Shown piece by piece: positions 1 through 8,523 of a stretch of DNA of 29,465 nucleotides. How positions within the stretch are numbered: the stretch's first letter is position 1; every line of letters begins with the position of its first letter. The stretch spans positions 1 through 29,465 of the forward strand of contig JBIKRQ010000029.1 of the NCBI GenBank assembly GCA_044349155.1, given 5' to 3'. Under the pieces are notes generated by a model. That model ran no database searches. It was given only the letters and a program-made list of their open reading frames with translations, and had not been told where the DNA came from. Origin of the DNA: Myxococcota bacterium. Lineage in GTDB: Bacteria; Myxococcota; UBA727; VGSZ01. A program made the position numbers and the translations under genes.

Positions 1-1213
1 GCGGTGCACTAGACGGTGCCAACGTTGGCGGTGGTGGCGGGGGGGCGGCAGCGGCAACCACCTTCGGTGCAGGTGCGGGTGCGGGTGCGGGTGCGGGTGC
101 GGGTGCGGCAGGTGCCGCCTTCGGCAACGGCGACGACGGTGCAGGTGTGGGCTTGCTCTTGTCGACGGCGCGACCGACGTAGGTGGGAAAGCGCGGCACG
201 CCGTCTTTGGTGAGTTCCTGGTAGCGGTAGGTGACGATGTCGCCGATCTGCGGTGGGTCTTCGCGCTCGGCGTCGGTGAAGCCCGTGCCGACGTTGAAAC
301 GCACGCCGCTGTCCATCATGCACACCAGCGCCCCCAGACGACCCTTGTGCTTGCCCTTGCCCGGCTCGTGGTCGATGACCTTCGCCTCGGCGTCGTGGAA
401 GGTCTTGACCTTCAGCAACGTCGAGCTGCGGCCTGACTCGTACTTGCTGCCAGGCTGACGCAGCATGAGCCCTTCACCGCCGAGGGCTTCAACGCGCGCA
501 AGCTCGGCACGCAGGTGGTCAGTACCGTTGCACACGATCTGCTCCAACGCGCGCGCGTACGGGTGTCGACCTTCGCCGAAGTGCTCCATCATGAAGGCGA
601 TGCGATCTTCGAATGGTGATTCGAGGTGGGGCGCGTCGAAGATGATGTAGCGCAGCTGCTTCCACTGCTCGCCCGCATCTTGTCGACGGACAATCGACAC
701 GCACTTTTGGAATTCCTGGCGCGCCAACCACAGCTCACCATCGAGCGGGTGCTTCGGCAGCGTCGAGGTAAACCACTCGGGCGCGTAAAACGCGTTGCCC
801 AACCGCGACATGAACCGCACGCCATCCCAATACGCGCGCACACCATCGAGCTTCTCGCTGAGCCACCAGCCGGTGAGGTCGACATCGCCTTCCCACTTGT
901 GGGCCAACAACACCGCGGGGCCGTCGTCGCCGTCGTCGTCACCAGCCGGCGTGCCCGCCGACGTCGACGTGGCCTTCTTCTTTGGCGCTGGCGACGGCGT
1001 GACGACCTCGCCAAACGCCGCGAGCCGTTCAGTTTCGGCTTCGAGGCCGCGATAGGCTTTGAGGTGCTTGCAGGTGCGGCGCTCGATGCCACCGCCGACG
1101 TTGCGCCACGCGGGGCACGAACACGAGTACACGCCGCCGACGTTTTTGAGTTCGTAGGGGTCTTTGGCCGAGCCCTTGACGTAGGCCACTTCTCCGTCGG
1201 CGATGTCTGGCAT
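1..1213 (-). CDS. ATP-dependent DNA ligase. N-terminal CxC..CxH (SWIM-like) zinc-finger module, C-terminal Pro/Ala-rich tail. The 3' end runs off the window start (partial).
   Basis: Minus-strand frame from ATG ~1213 (track coordinates) translates to MPDIADGEVAYVKG..YSCSCPAWRNVGGGIERRTCKHLKAY.. (CxC-X15-CxH). It continues with ..LTGWWLSEKLDGVRAYWDG.. (adenylation motif I KxDG), ..EGLMLRQPGSKYESGRSSTLLKVK.. (motifs IV/V) and an OB-like C-terminus ..GDIVTYRYQELTKDGVPRFPTYVGR... It ends in (PA)n encoded by the (GTGCGG)n repeat. It is absent from the ORF track only because no stop codon lies inside the window. Confidence 0.8.
   Translation of the reverse strand, partial: MPDIADGEVAYVKGSAKDPYELKNVGGVYSCSCPAWRNVGGGIERRTCKHLKAYRGLEAETERLAAFGEVVTPSPAPKKKATSTSAGTPAGDDDGDDGPAVLLAHKWEGDVDLTGWWLSEKLDGVRAYWDGVRFMSRLGNAFYAPEWFTSTLPKHPLDGELWLARQEFQKCVSIVRRQDAGEQWKQLRYIIFDAPHLESPFEDRIAFMMEHFGEGRHPYARALEQIVCNGTDHLRAELARVEALGGEGLMLRQPGSKYESGRSSTLLKVKTFHDAEAKVIDHEPGKGKHKGRLGALVCMMDSGVRFNVGTGFTDAEREDPPQIGDIVTYRYQELTKDGVPRFPTYVGRAVDKSKPTPAPSSPLPKAAPAAPAPAPAPAPAPAPKVVAAAAPPPPPPTLAPSSAP
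67..108. repeat. Hexanucleotide microsatellite (GTGCGG)x7 (one variant unit). It encodes (Pro-Ala)n in the ligase C-terminal tail.
   Basis: Direct reading gives gtgcag then gtgcgg x6. The minus-strand ligase frame gives APAPAPAPAPAP. Confidence 0.9.
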
Positions 1214-1337
1214 GTGCGCTGCTCCTTCGTGTGTCGACGGCGCACCATGCCGACATCAGCGGGTGTTTTGGAAGTGACGGCGATCGCCCGCCGCGGCGCC
1301 TTGTGCTGGCCGTGCACGTTGCGCATCATCGACCTGG

Positions 1338-2498
1338 ATGGAGCGTGTGATGAAGAAGGTCGTGCTCGGCTTGGTCCTTGTGCTGGTCGTGGTTGCCGTC
1401 GCACTCGGCGGTTTGTGGTGGTCGGCGGTGAGCAGTGCACGCAAAGCCGTCGCCGAACTGCGCGAACAAAAGGACGAAGCGTTTCGCAGCATCGAAGCTC
1501 GCATCGTCGCCGACGAAGCACTGCTCGACCTGCCGTCGCTCGCCCTCACCGACGGGCCCGATGCTGGGCCGCTCTTGCTGAAACACATCCGCTTCGGCGA
1601 CGCGCAGAAGGCCCCGACGATCTCCGACGCGCTCGCCGAACGGCTCGCGCTGTGGACCGCCGTGATGAACGATGAGGAGCTCGCCTCCGTCGACCTGAGC
1701 TGGATGGCGCAGCTGCCCACCTACGGCTTTTGGGACCTCGAAGGTGCCGGCAGTCCGCTTGAGCATCGGCCGCTTGCGGTCTTCACCGAAGACCGACCCG
1801 TGTTCGCTGACCTCAACCGGATCGCCCACGCACGATTGCTGCAGGGCCTGCGAACCCGCACGACCAGCACCGCTGCCGCCGAAGTCCGCGCGCTTGCCCG
1901 ACTCGCGTTGTCGACGGAAAACATGGTCGGCGAGATGACTGCCATTGCCCTGCTCAAGAAGGAACAGCGCGCCTTCGAAGAAGCCAAAGCCATCGGCGAA
2001 GACACCACCGGCTGGACCCCGCTGTCGAGCGCCCAAACCGAGGCCCTCAAGCGCGTGTTGCTCGCTGCGCTGTCGCAGCACACGCTGTTGTCGTCGACGT
2101 CGATGACAGCGCACCGCTTCCCGGTGGGCACCTGTGCTGCGCTGAGCGAAGGCCTGGGCGGCGCTTTGTACTTCTCGAACTTTGCGCGCGACGAGTTTGC
2201 TCAGCGCTACGTCGAACTCGGCGATGCGTTGCGGACGAGCCCCTGCCGCTTGCGTCGTCTGCGCGCCGCGTGGGCAAATCCCTCCCCGACCACCGCCGTC
2301 GTGCTCAACTCGGTCTGCGTCGACGAGGACATGCAGGCAACCGGCGACTGCTCAGCTGACGCGGCACTCGGAGCTCCCGGTGTGCGCTCGTTTTTGACCA
2401 ACACGCTGTTGATGATTTCGACGCCAGACACCCTCAAGAGCTACACCTCAAGCGCGTCGCCGACGACGACACAGGCGCCGTCGGCGACTCCGCCCTGA
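1338..2498 (+). CDS. Hypothetical membrane-anchored protein (N-terminal TM helix, 386 aa).
   Basis: ORF MERVMKKVVLGLVLVLVVVAVALGGLWW... has a hydrophobic N-terminal anchor followed by a balanced, non-repetitive composition. It is divergent from the ligase (125-bp spacer). Its stop (2496-2498) directly abuts the MVP stop (2499-2501). No recognisable catalytic motif. Confidence 0.55.
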   Translation: MERVMKKVVLGLVLVLVVVAVALGGLWWSAVSSARKAVAELREQKDEAFRSIEARIVADEALLDLPSLALTDGPDAGPLLLKHIRFGDAQKAPTISDALAERLALWTAVMNDEELASVDLSWMAQLPTYGFWDLEGAGSPLEHRPLAVFTEDRPVFADLNRIAHARLLQGLRTRTTSTAAAEVRALARLALSTENMVGEMTAIALLKKEQRAFEEAKAIGEDTTGWTPLSSAQTEALKRVLLAALSQHTLLSSTSMTAHRFPVGTCAALSEGLGGALYFSNFARDEFAQRYVELGDALRTSPCRLRRLRAAWANPSPTTAVVLNSVCVDEDMQATGDCSADAALGAPGVRSFLTNTLLMISTPDTLKSYTSSASPTTTQAPSATPP

Positions 2499-4892
2499 CT
2501 ACTCGGCGTCGGCGCGCTTCAGCAGCGGAAAAGCGGGAGAAGGCGCAAAATCGAGAAACTTCTTCGCGGTTTCGAGAAGCCCGCGCCCTTCAACCGCCGC
2601 AAGCTCGCCGAAGTTTTCCGACAGCGAACTCAACAACTGCGCATCGCCCAACCGCTGCAACGACGCCGACAACTCCGGCGACACCGCCTGCGCCTGCCGC
2701 ACGCGGGCATCGGTGTGCGCCAACAAGAACGCGACCTCGAGGCGTTGGCGTTGCTCGAGCTCGTCGATCTCGACGGCGGCTTCCTTCGCCTTCGTCGCCA
2801 ACCGCAGCGCGCGCAGCGCACCGTCGGCCTGCACCGCCGACAACTCCTGCTCCGCCTGCATCGCCTGCACCGCGCGCTTGTGCTGCACACGACGACGCTC
2901 GAGCTCCCACGTGCCTTCTTCGAGCTCGGTCTCCAACTGCAGCGCCAACAGCTTCGTTTGCTGGTCCTGCTGCAACAACTGACGTGCCACTTCTTCGAGG
3001 CGTTGCTTGTCGCTCAGACTCGCCGTGGTCGAGGCCACGGTGACCGCGGCGCGCACGGTTTCCAGCTGTGAAGCATCGAGCAGATCGCGGACCCGCTCGT
3101 CGACGATTTCGCATTCGTGCACTTCGACATCGAACACGCACAGGCCGTTTTCGGCGAAGCGCAGACCTTTGCGTTCACCATCAGTGCGCTCGCCGAGCAC
3201 TGCATCGCGCACCAGGTCGACCACCTCGGCACGCAGCTGACGAATCGGCGTTTTTCGTGCGCGCCCCTTCACGATCGAGCCGGCGTGTTCGCACAACAGC
3301 TTCACGTAGTTGTCGACGACGAACCAGCGATCGGCATCGCCGTCGAACGACACGCGAAACGTCACGTGCACGCGCGCTTCCACCAGATCGGCCGACACCA
3401 CCTCGATGATGTCGCTGACCTGATTGCCCTGCACCTTCAGGTACACCGTGGGCAACAAGCGCTGGGTGGTCTTGGGCTTTCCCGTCGACAACGTGAGCGC
3501 TTCCAGGGTTTCGTCAAACGCGAGCAGCACCGTGTGCGGCCCCTGCACCACGCGCCGTTGTCCTCGACGGTCTTTGACGCACACGGCGTAGCCCGACCAC
3601 ACATCCACGCTCACCGCGCCGTCATACTTGCTGTCGAGCAGCAGCGTGGCGGGCTTGGTGAACGAGCGCGAGAAGGTATCGACACCGTCGTGGCTCGTGG
3701 CTTTTGTCGTCGTCGGCTGGACCCCCGACGCTGGGGCCACGACTGTTTTGGGCACCGTGCCGTTTCTGAGCGCGCGGTTGTGTTGCAGCGCTTCGTCGTT
3801 GCCCGGATACAGCAGCACGCTTTCGCGATCGGACAACGCGCGGCGCACCATGACCTCGTGGCGCGGGTCGGCGAGCAGCATGCGCGGGCCCACCACCAGG
3901 CGCACATCGCCGCTGGTTTTGTCGAGGACATAGCGGCCCTCGCCGGCGGGAATGGCCACCGCGTGGTGCTGCTCGGCACCGTTGCCCGGGCGGACCATCG
4001 CGTGCTCTTCGCGCGGGAAGTACAGGCGCGTTTGCGTGCCGGTGACGAAGAGCTCGTCGCCTTCGGCATGAGCAACGCCGTCGTCGTCGACGTACGGGGC
4101 GATCACCTTGATGTGCACCCCGGTGGTGGGGCTGAGCTCCAACGCGCGAAAAGCGCGCCGGCCGTTCACCTCGACGAAGCGCTCGTCGGGGGCGGGGAAC
4201 ACCACGGCCTCGCCGCGCACCATGCGCTTCTTGCCGTTTTCCTTGGCGAGCACGCAGTACTCGAGGCGCTGCAGGGTGACCGCATCACGCACGAAGCGCC
4301 CGTGCTCGTCGGCGACCACCTCCACACCATTGACGGGCATGTAGAAGCCAGCGCGATCGCCCTGCACCACAAACCGCTGGCCCACCTCAAACGTGAAGTC
4401 ATCGGCCACGACGTCGACAGCAAGGGCCAACGCGGCGTCCTTGTTCGCCAACGCTGCGTCGTAGACCTGCACGACCACGTACTGCGACGACGCCAGCCGG
4501 TGGCCCTCGACGACGCGCGCCATCTGCCCCGGCCACAGCGCAAAGCTCGTGGGCCCACGCACCACCACCTTCTTGCCGACGTGCAACTCCGCCAGCCCCG
4601 AGGCGACACCGACGCGTGGATGGCCGCCGTCCTGGGCGGGGTTCTTCAACACGAGGTACCAGTTCTCTGGTGCGGTCGCGAAGAGCTGAATCGCCGTGGA
4701 GAGTTCCATCGCGTGCACGAAGCGCCTGGCCTCGTCGTCGAAGATCACGGGTTGGTCGGTTTGCGCGAGCGACGTTTTGTTGGGGCCGACGTAGCAGTTG
4801 ATGTGGCCCTTGGTCGTGTCGAGCACCCAGGCGTATTCGTTGGGCGCGAGCACGAGTTCACGTTCGCGCGGGAGGCGGCGTTGCTCTTCCAT
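2499..4892 (-). CDS. mvp: Major vault protein (MVP) homologue: MVP repeat domains, SPFH/band-7-like shoulder, long coiled-coil cap helix (797 aa).
   Basis: Translation aligns by eye with eukaryotic MVP. MEEQRRLPRERELVLAPNEYAWVLDTTKGHINCYVGPNKT matches the MVP N-terminus (..YIHVLDQN..VEVGPKTY..). GEGRYVLDKTSGDVRLVVGPRMLLADPRHE matches human [28 protein letters not shown]. Repeated G[DE]E[WL]..G..Y.P units are present. The shoulder segment ..IVKGRARKTPIRQLRAEVVDLVRDAVLGERTDG..CVFDVEVHECEIVDERVRDLL.. is followed by an E/Q/L/A/R-rich cap helix. Start is at the internal Met (MEEQ..) with GAGG 7 nt upstream. The upstream 39 codons of the track ORF (MGQRARSRCRW..) look non-coding. Confidence 0.85.
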   Translation of the reverse strand: MEEQRRLPRERELVLAPNEYAWVLDTTKGHINCYVGPNKTSLAQTDQPVIFDDEARRFVHAMELSTAIQLFATAPENWYLVLKNPAQDGGHPRVGVASGLAELHVGKKVVVRGPTSFALWPGQMARVVEGHRLASSQYVVVQVYDAALANKDAALALAVDVVADDFTFEVGQRFVVQGDRAGFYMPVNGVEVVADEHGRFVRDAVTLQRLEYCVLAKENGKKRMVRGEAVVFPAPDERFVEVNGRRAFRALELSPTTGVHIKVIAPYVDDDGVAHAEGDELFVTGTQTRLYFPREEHAMVRPGNGAEQHHAVAIPAGEGRYVLDKTSGDVRLVVGPRMLLADPRHEVMVRRALSDRESVLLYPGNDEALQHNRALRNGTVPKTVVAPASGVQPTTTKATSHDGVDTFSRSFTKPATLLLDSKYDGAVSVDVWSGYAVCVKDRRGQRRVVQGPHTVLLAFDETLEALTLSTGKPKTTQRLLPTVYLKVQGNQVSDIIEVVSADLVEARVHVTFRVSFDGDADRWFVVDNYVKLLCEHAGSIVKGRARKTPIRQLRAEVVDLVRDAVLGERTDGERKGLRFAENGLCVFDVEVHECEIVDERVRDLLDASQLETVRAAVTVASTTASLSDKQRLEEVARQLLQQDQQTKLLALQLETELEEGTWELERRRVQHKRAVQAMQAEQELSAVQADGALRALRLATKAKEAAVEIDELEQRQRLEVAFLLAHTDARVRQAQAVSPELSASLQRLGDAQLLSSLSENFGELAAVEGRGLLETAKKFLDFAPSPAFPLLKRADAE

Positions 4893-5034
4893 GGTGGACC
4901 TCGGTGTGTGTTCGCCGACGTCAAAGCAGCCGCTGTGCCAACGGAGCTTGCGCATCACGACGCGCACACGCGCACCCCACCTGCATCGTGATCGAGCGCG
5001 TTGCCCCACGCCTGCACCGCGATGGTGCAGCGAG

Positions 5035-5526
5035 CTAGCCCCGGTGCTTCACGACGATCTCGTGCGCTGCCGCCGCTGCGACGTAGAACGCCCGAACGCG
5101 GTCAAAGACCGTGCGCAACAGGCCACATTCGACCATGTCGAGCACGCGATCGGGCTCGCCCCAGCCCTCGAAGGAATACACGGGCAGGCTGTCAGCACCC
5201 TTGAAGAGCCGTGGGTAGCGCGCGGCGAGGAGGCCCTCGAAGGAGACCTCGTACGTCAGGTACGCGGCGACGAACGACACCTCTTCCGTCGACACCACCA
5301 CGGGTGTGAGGGCCAGAGCGCCAGGACCAACGACCCACGACGCAGGCGGGTCACCTTCGGCGGAGGTGCCGGTCAGCAGCACGTGCAGGGCGTGCCACGC
5401 GCGGTGCGTGTTGATGGTGGCCGTGGCGTGCGTCTCGAGCCAGTCCAGGTCGACGCTCGGGCGTGACGCCGCGTCGGGGAGGTCGTGAGGCAAGCGGTGA
5501 AGCCACGTCCACATCGCCATCAGCAC
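5035..5526 (-). CDS. Hypothetical protein (163 aa), encoded between the SAHH-fold giant and MVP.
   Basis: ORF MLMAMWTWLHRLPHDLPD..YLTYEVSFEGLLAARYPRLFKGADSLPVYSFEGWGEPDRVLDMVECGLL.. has globular-looking composition with W/Y/F content. There is a 24-bp gap to the upstream gene stop, suggesting a translationally coupled operon. No known motif recognised. Confidence 0.5.
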   Translation of the reverse strand: MLMAMWTWLHRLPHDLPDAASRPSVDLDWLETHATATINTHRAWHALHVLLTGTSAEGDPPASWVVGPGALALTPVVVSTEEVSFVAAYLTYEVSFEGLLAARYPRLFKGADSLPVYSFEGWGEPDRVLDMVECGLLRTVFDRVRAFYVAAAAAHEIVVKHRG

Positions 5527-5550
5527 CGTCCGTAGCGTCGACGTCGTTGC

Positions 5551-8401
5551 TCAGTCGTAGGCGGGAACGGTGCCGCCGAGCGGTGACTCGACCCAGGCCT
5601 TCTTGCCGAGCGGCTCCGCACCACGGTGCTCGCGCTGGGCGCCAACGACGTAGTCGAGGCCGCGTTGGGCTTCGGCAATCAGCGCGTCGTCGGCCGACGG
5701 GTGATCGATGAAGGCCTGCAACACGTCGATGGCGTAGGCCGCGCGCTGCGGCTTCTCGTTGCCCAGCGCCCACAAGAACGAAGCACCGTCGTTCAACATC
5801 GTCGTCAACTGCTCAGCAGTCCACGTCGGGTTGTTGATGGCGTGGACGTTGGCCTGGTGCTCGAAGCGCAGCTTGCTGCCCGTACGGTTGTCGAGCATGT
5901 GCTGCTTGAAGCCCTCGGGGCAGCGTGGGTGTGCAAACAAGATCTCGCCGAGCTGTCGCGACACGAGATCGCGCTCGTACGTTGTGCCCGTCGGCATCGT
6001 CTTGTGCCCGCGGGCGGCCTCGTCGACGGTGGGCTCGCGCACACAGGTGGTAAACGCCCACTTGCCGTCGGGACGCTTGTCGACGCCCCAGATGCTTGCA
6101 GGTGGGACTTCGTCGATGCGTGAAGCGTTGATGCCGGTGTAGGCGCGCGTGCACCAGTCAACGAGGCGGTCTTCTTGATCGCCGCGCACGTCTTCGTTTT
6201 TCATCAAGCGGGCGACGTGGGCGAGGATGCCGAGGTCGAGCACCTTGTCGAGGGCGGCGTCGGAAATCTCCTTCGGCTGCGCGAGTGCCTCGAGCAGGAT
6301 CGGGTTCATCGGCTCCTTCTCGAGGAAGGTGTCGATGAGGGCTTCGGTGACGGCTGGCGGGGTCGCCGGCGACTTCGCAATCGCCAACCACGCGGCCTTG
6401 CTGCCAAAGAAGCTCAAGTCGCCGACGCGCAACTCGATGTCGGACGACGCCGCGCGCGACTGCGTGAGGCCTTCCATCTGCGCCTGCAACTCAAACTGCT
6501 GACCAGCGTCGAGCTCGACGAGACCCGCAGCTTTCGTGCGCGAGCGCACGGCTTTTTCCGCACCCAACAACATCAGCGCCATCGTGTGGTCGATGAGCTC
6601 AGGGGCGATCGAATTCACGTCCTGGAAGTTTGCGGGCAAGCCATCGGCCACGGCGGTGACGATGCGGTTGTCTTTCGTCCAGTAGTGCCACGTCTCCTGC
6701 TCGTTGACCTTGGCCGCAAGGATACGGCGCATCACGCCGTCGTCGCCGCGGGTGAGGTCAGCGAGGCCCAGCGTGTCGATCTCGACGCGCTTGCTGGAAG
6801 CACTCGCCACAAACACCGGCGAGCTCATCGCGAGGAAGTCCTTCATGTCGATGCTGCGATGACCGCTGCAGCCGACAACGAGGAACTTCTTGTTGAGCGC
6901 ATCGCCCTTGTCGGTGAGCACCGTGTAGCCAAGGCCTTCGAGTTCCTTCTTGCGCGCGGGCGTGACGTACGGATCGAAGAAGGTGACGCGCGCGCCATCG
7001 CCCTTGAAGCTGTCGGCGACACCGAGGCCGACTTTGCCGCCGCCAACGATGAGCACTTCTTTGCGCGTGGGCGTGGTGGCCACTTCGTCGAGCACGCGGC
7101 GCACACACTGCACCACCGCATCACCGACCTGGGCACTCTCGAAGCGCTTGCCGTAGCTGCCAGCCACGTTGGCGATCGCGAACGTGGGCTTCGGATCGAT
7201 CTGCGAAATCTCGGTGAGGCCGCGCGTGGTCTGCTCGACGACGCAGAACAGGTGCGCGTGCTCTTTGTACTTCGTCGCGATGTACTTGCTGGCGTAGCCA
7301 CCGTCGTCGAGCACGAGGATGGGCTGGCCGTTTGCTTGATGACGCTCAAAGGCGCGATCGACCGCGGCGCACACGTGCTGCCACATGCCGTCGATGTCGC
7401 CGCGCTCGGGCACGGTGACCTTCAGGCCCATGCCGCGCTCGAGCGAGAGCTTCACCGCGGGGTTCTTTTGGTACGGCACGCCGACGTACTCGGCGTTGTC
7501 CATGTTCATGCCGCCACGCGCGAGCTCGGCGCACAACGGCACCGCCTGCCCCAGCATGTGCTGCACCATGACGACGTTGTGGTTCTTGAACGGCTTGCTC
7601 GACTCGAGGCGCGTGCCCACCGAGTTCGACAGCGGCAGCGTGAGCGGGACTTCGCTGATGCTTTGCAGGGCCGCATCGAGCTTCTGCGTCCAGACGTCGG
7701 CTTCGGTGGGCAGCGAGGTCCAATCGTCGTCGACGACCTTGCGCTGCGGCGCCGTCTGCCACTGCGGCATGAAGTCGTAGACCTTCTGCAACGTCGCGAT
7801 GAAGGCACCATCGAGGAAGGGTGCGGCCTTGGCACCAAGCAGGTTTGAAGCCTTGAAGCTGCGCGCCACGTCGTCGAGCGACATCCCCGGCGAGTCGATG
7901 TTGCGCATCCAGCGCGTGAGCTGGGCCGCGAGCAGCCAGTTCGGCTCGTTGCCCATGCCCACTTTGAAGGGCGCGCCAGGGTTCACCGCCGCGGGCGCGC
8001 CGTGCAGGCCCGCGGCGCGCAGAAACTCCGACTCCGACAGCTGCGACACGTGCTTCGGGTACGCCTTCGAAAACGCCGTCTTCATGGGGTTGTGCGCACC
8101 GAACTGCGGGCTGGCCACGCTTGGTGAGGTCACCAACGACTTCATGACCTCCTGCGGCGGCAGTTCGAGTGTGGCCGGGGCAAGGACCGCTGCGAGCAGC
8201 GGTTTTGCCGTGGTGCTCAGCTTGATGTCGGGCACCTGGCGGGCGACGGCGTCGAAGGAGAAGCGATCGACGGGGCGAGCCGGCCGAGGACTCCGTCGTG
8301 CTGGTCGACTCGGTGGCCTTCGCTGCTGCCTTCGCAGCGGCCGCTTCGGCACTGCGGCGGAAGCGTTCTGCATCGGCAGGGCTCTGAAGTCGGATCGCCA
8401 T
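5551..8401 (-). CDS. Large (~950 aa) protein with a complete S-adenosyl-L-homocysteine hydrolase (AdoHcyase)-like fold embedded between ~270-aa N- and ~280-aa C-terminal extensions (paralogue 1). The frame is interrupted by a +1 nt frameshift near 8272-8275.
   Basis: KPFKNHNVVMVQHMLGQAVPLCAEL matches AdoHcyase [44 protein letters not shown] matches NMILDDGGDLTNLIHTKY. VVEQTTRGLTEI matches ISEETTTGVHNL. The Rossmann segment VLIVGGGKVGLGVADSFKGDGARVTFFDP matches [53 protein letters not shown] matches NIFVTTTGCIDIIL..HF.QMK. The plausible N-terminus MAIRLQSPADAERFRRSAEAAAAKAAAK..SAGSP (ATG 8401, frame of ORF 7346..8410) joins ..VDRFSFDAVARQVPDIK.. (frame of ORF 5551..8508) only if one G is removed from the G4 run at 8272-8275. 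The uninterrupted frame 5551..8508 begins with ~85 junk-like codons. Confidence 0.6.
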
Positions 8402-8523
8402 GGTGAACAAATAGCAGCCACGACGTCGATTTGGCTCGTCGCCGCCGGCCAGATCCCCGCCAGGCTGTTTCGAGAACGCTTCAGAGCTTTCTGCCGATAT
8501 ATCAACAACTTAGCGTGAAACCA

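Noticed and set aside
589-1675. Track ORFs 589..1521(-) and 626..1675(+), 310 and 349 aa, overlapping the ligase locus.
   Set aside because: Translations are Arg/Pro/Ser-rich junk (RRRRCELRCC..., ...RRARRRRRG...). They are alternative frames of the true ligase gene, whose own frame is missing from the track only because it has no in-window stop.
2590-4991. Long ORFs antisense to or out of frame with MVP (2590..3141-, 3117..4991+ 624 aa, 3611..4075-, 4166..4609-).
   Set aside because: High-GC shadow ORFs with His/Arg/Gly-rich nonsense translations and no motifs. The MVP frame has clear homology.
4893-5009. 5' extension of the MVP ORF (MGQRARSRCRWGARVRVVMRKLRWHSGCFD...).
   Set aside because: The Arg/Cys/Trp-rich segment is unlike MVP N-termini. 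A Met with an upstream GAGG aligns with the eukaryotic MVP N-terminus.
6175-7848. 557-aa + strand ORF antisense to SAHH-fold paralogue 1; likewise 15527..17179(+) 550 aa antisense to paralogue 2 and 19226..20881(+) 551 aa antisense to dabA.
   Set aside because: Translations are low-complexity (runs of R/H/G/V, for example ...HREEVLHVDAAMTAAADNEELL...) with no recognisable domain. The opposite-strand frames carry unambiguous motifs.
8402-8508. In-frame upstream extension of SAHH-fold paralogue 1 to 8508.
   Set aside because: The encoded residues (..KRPLRRQQRRPPSRPARRSPRPARP..) look non-coding. A better N-terminus exists in the +1 frame from ATG 8401 (see the frameshift finding).
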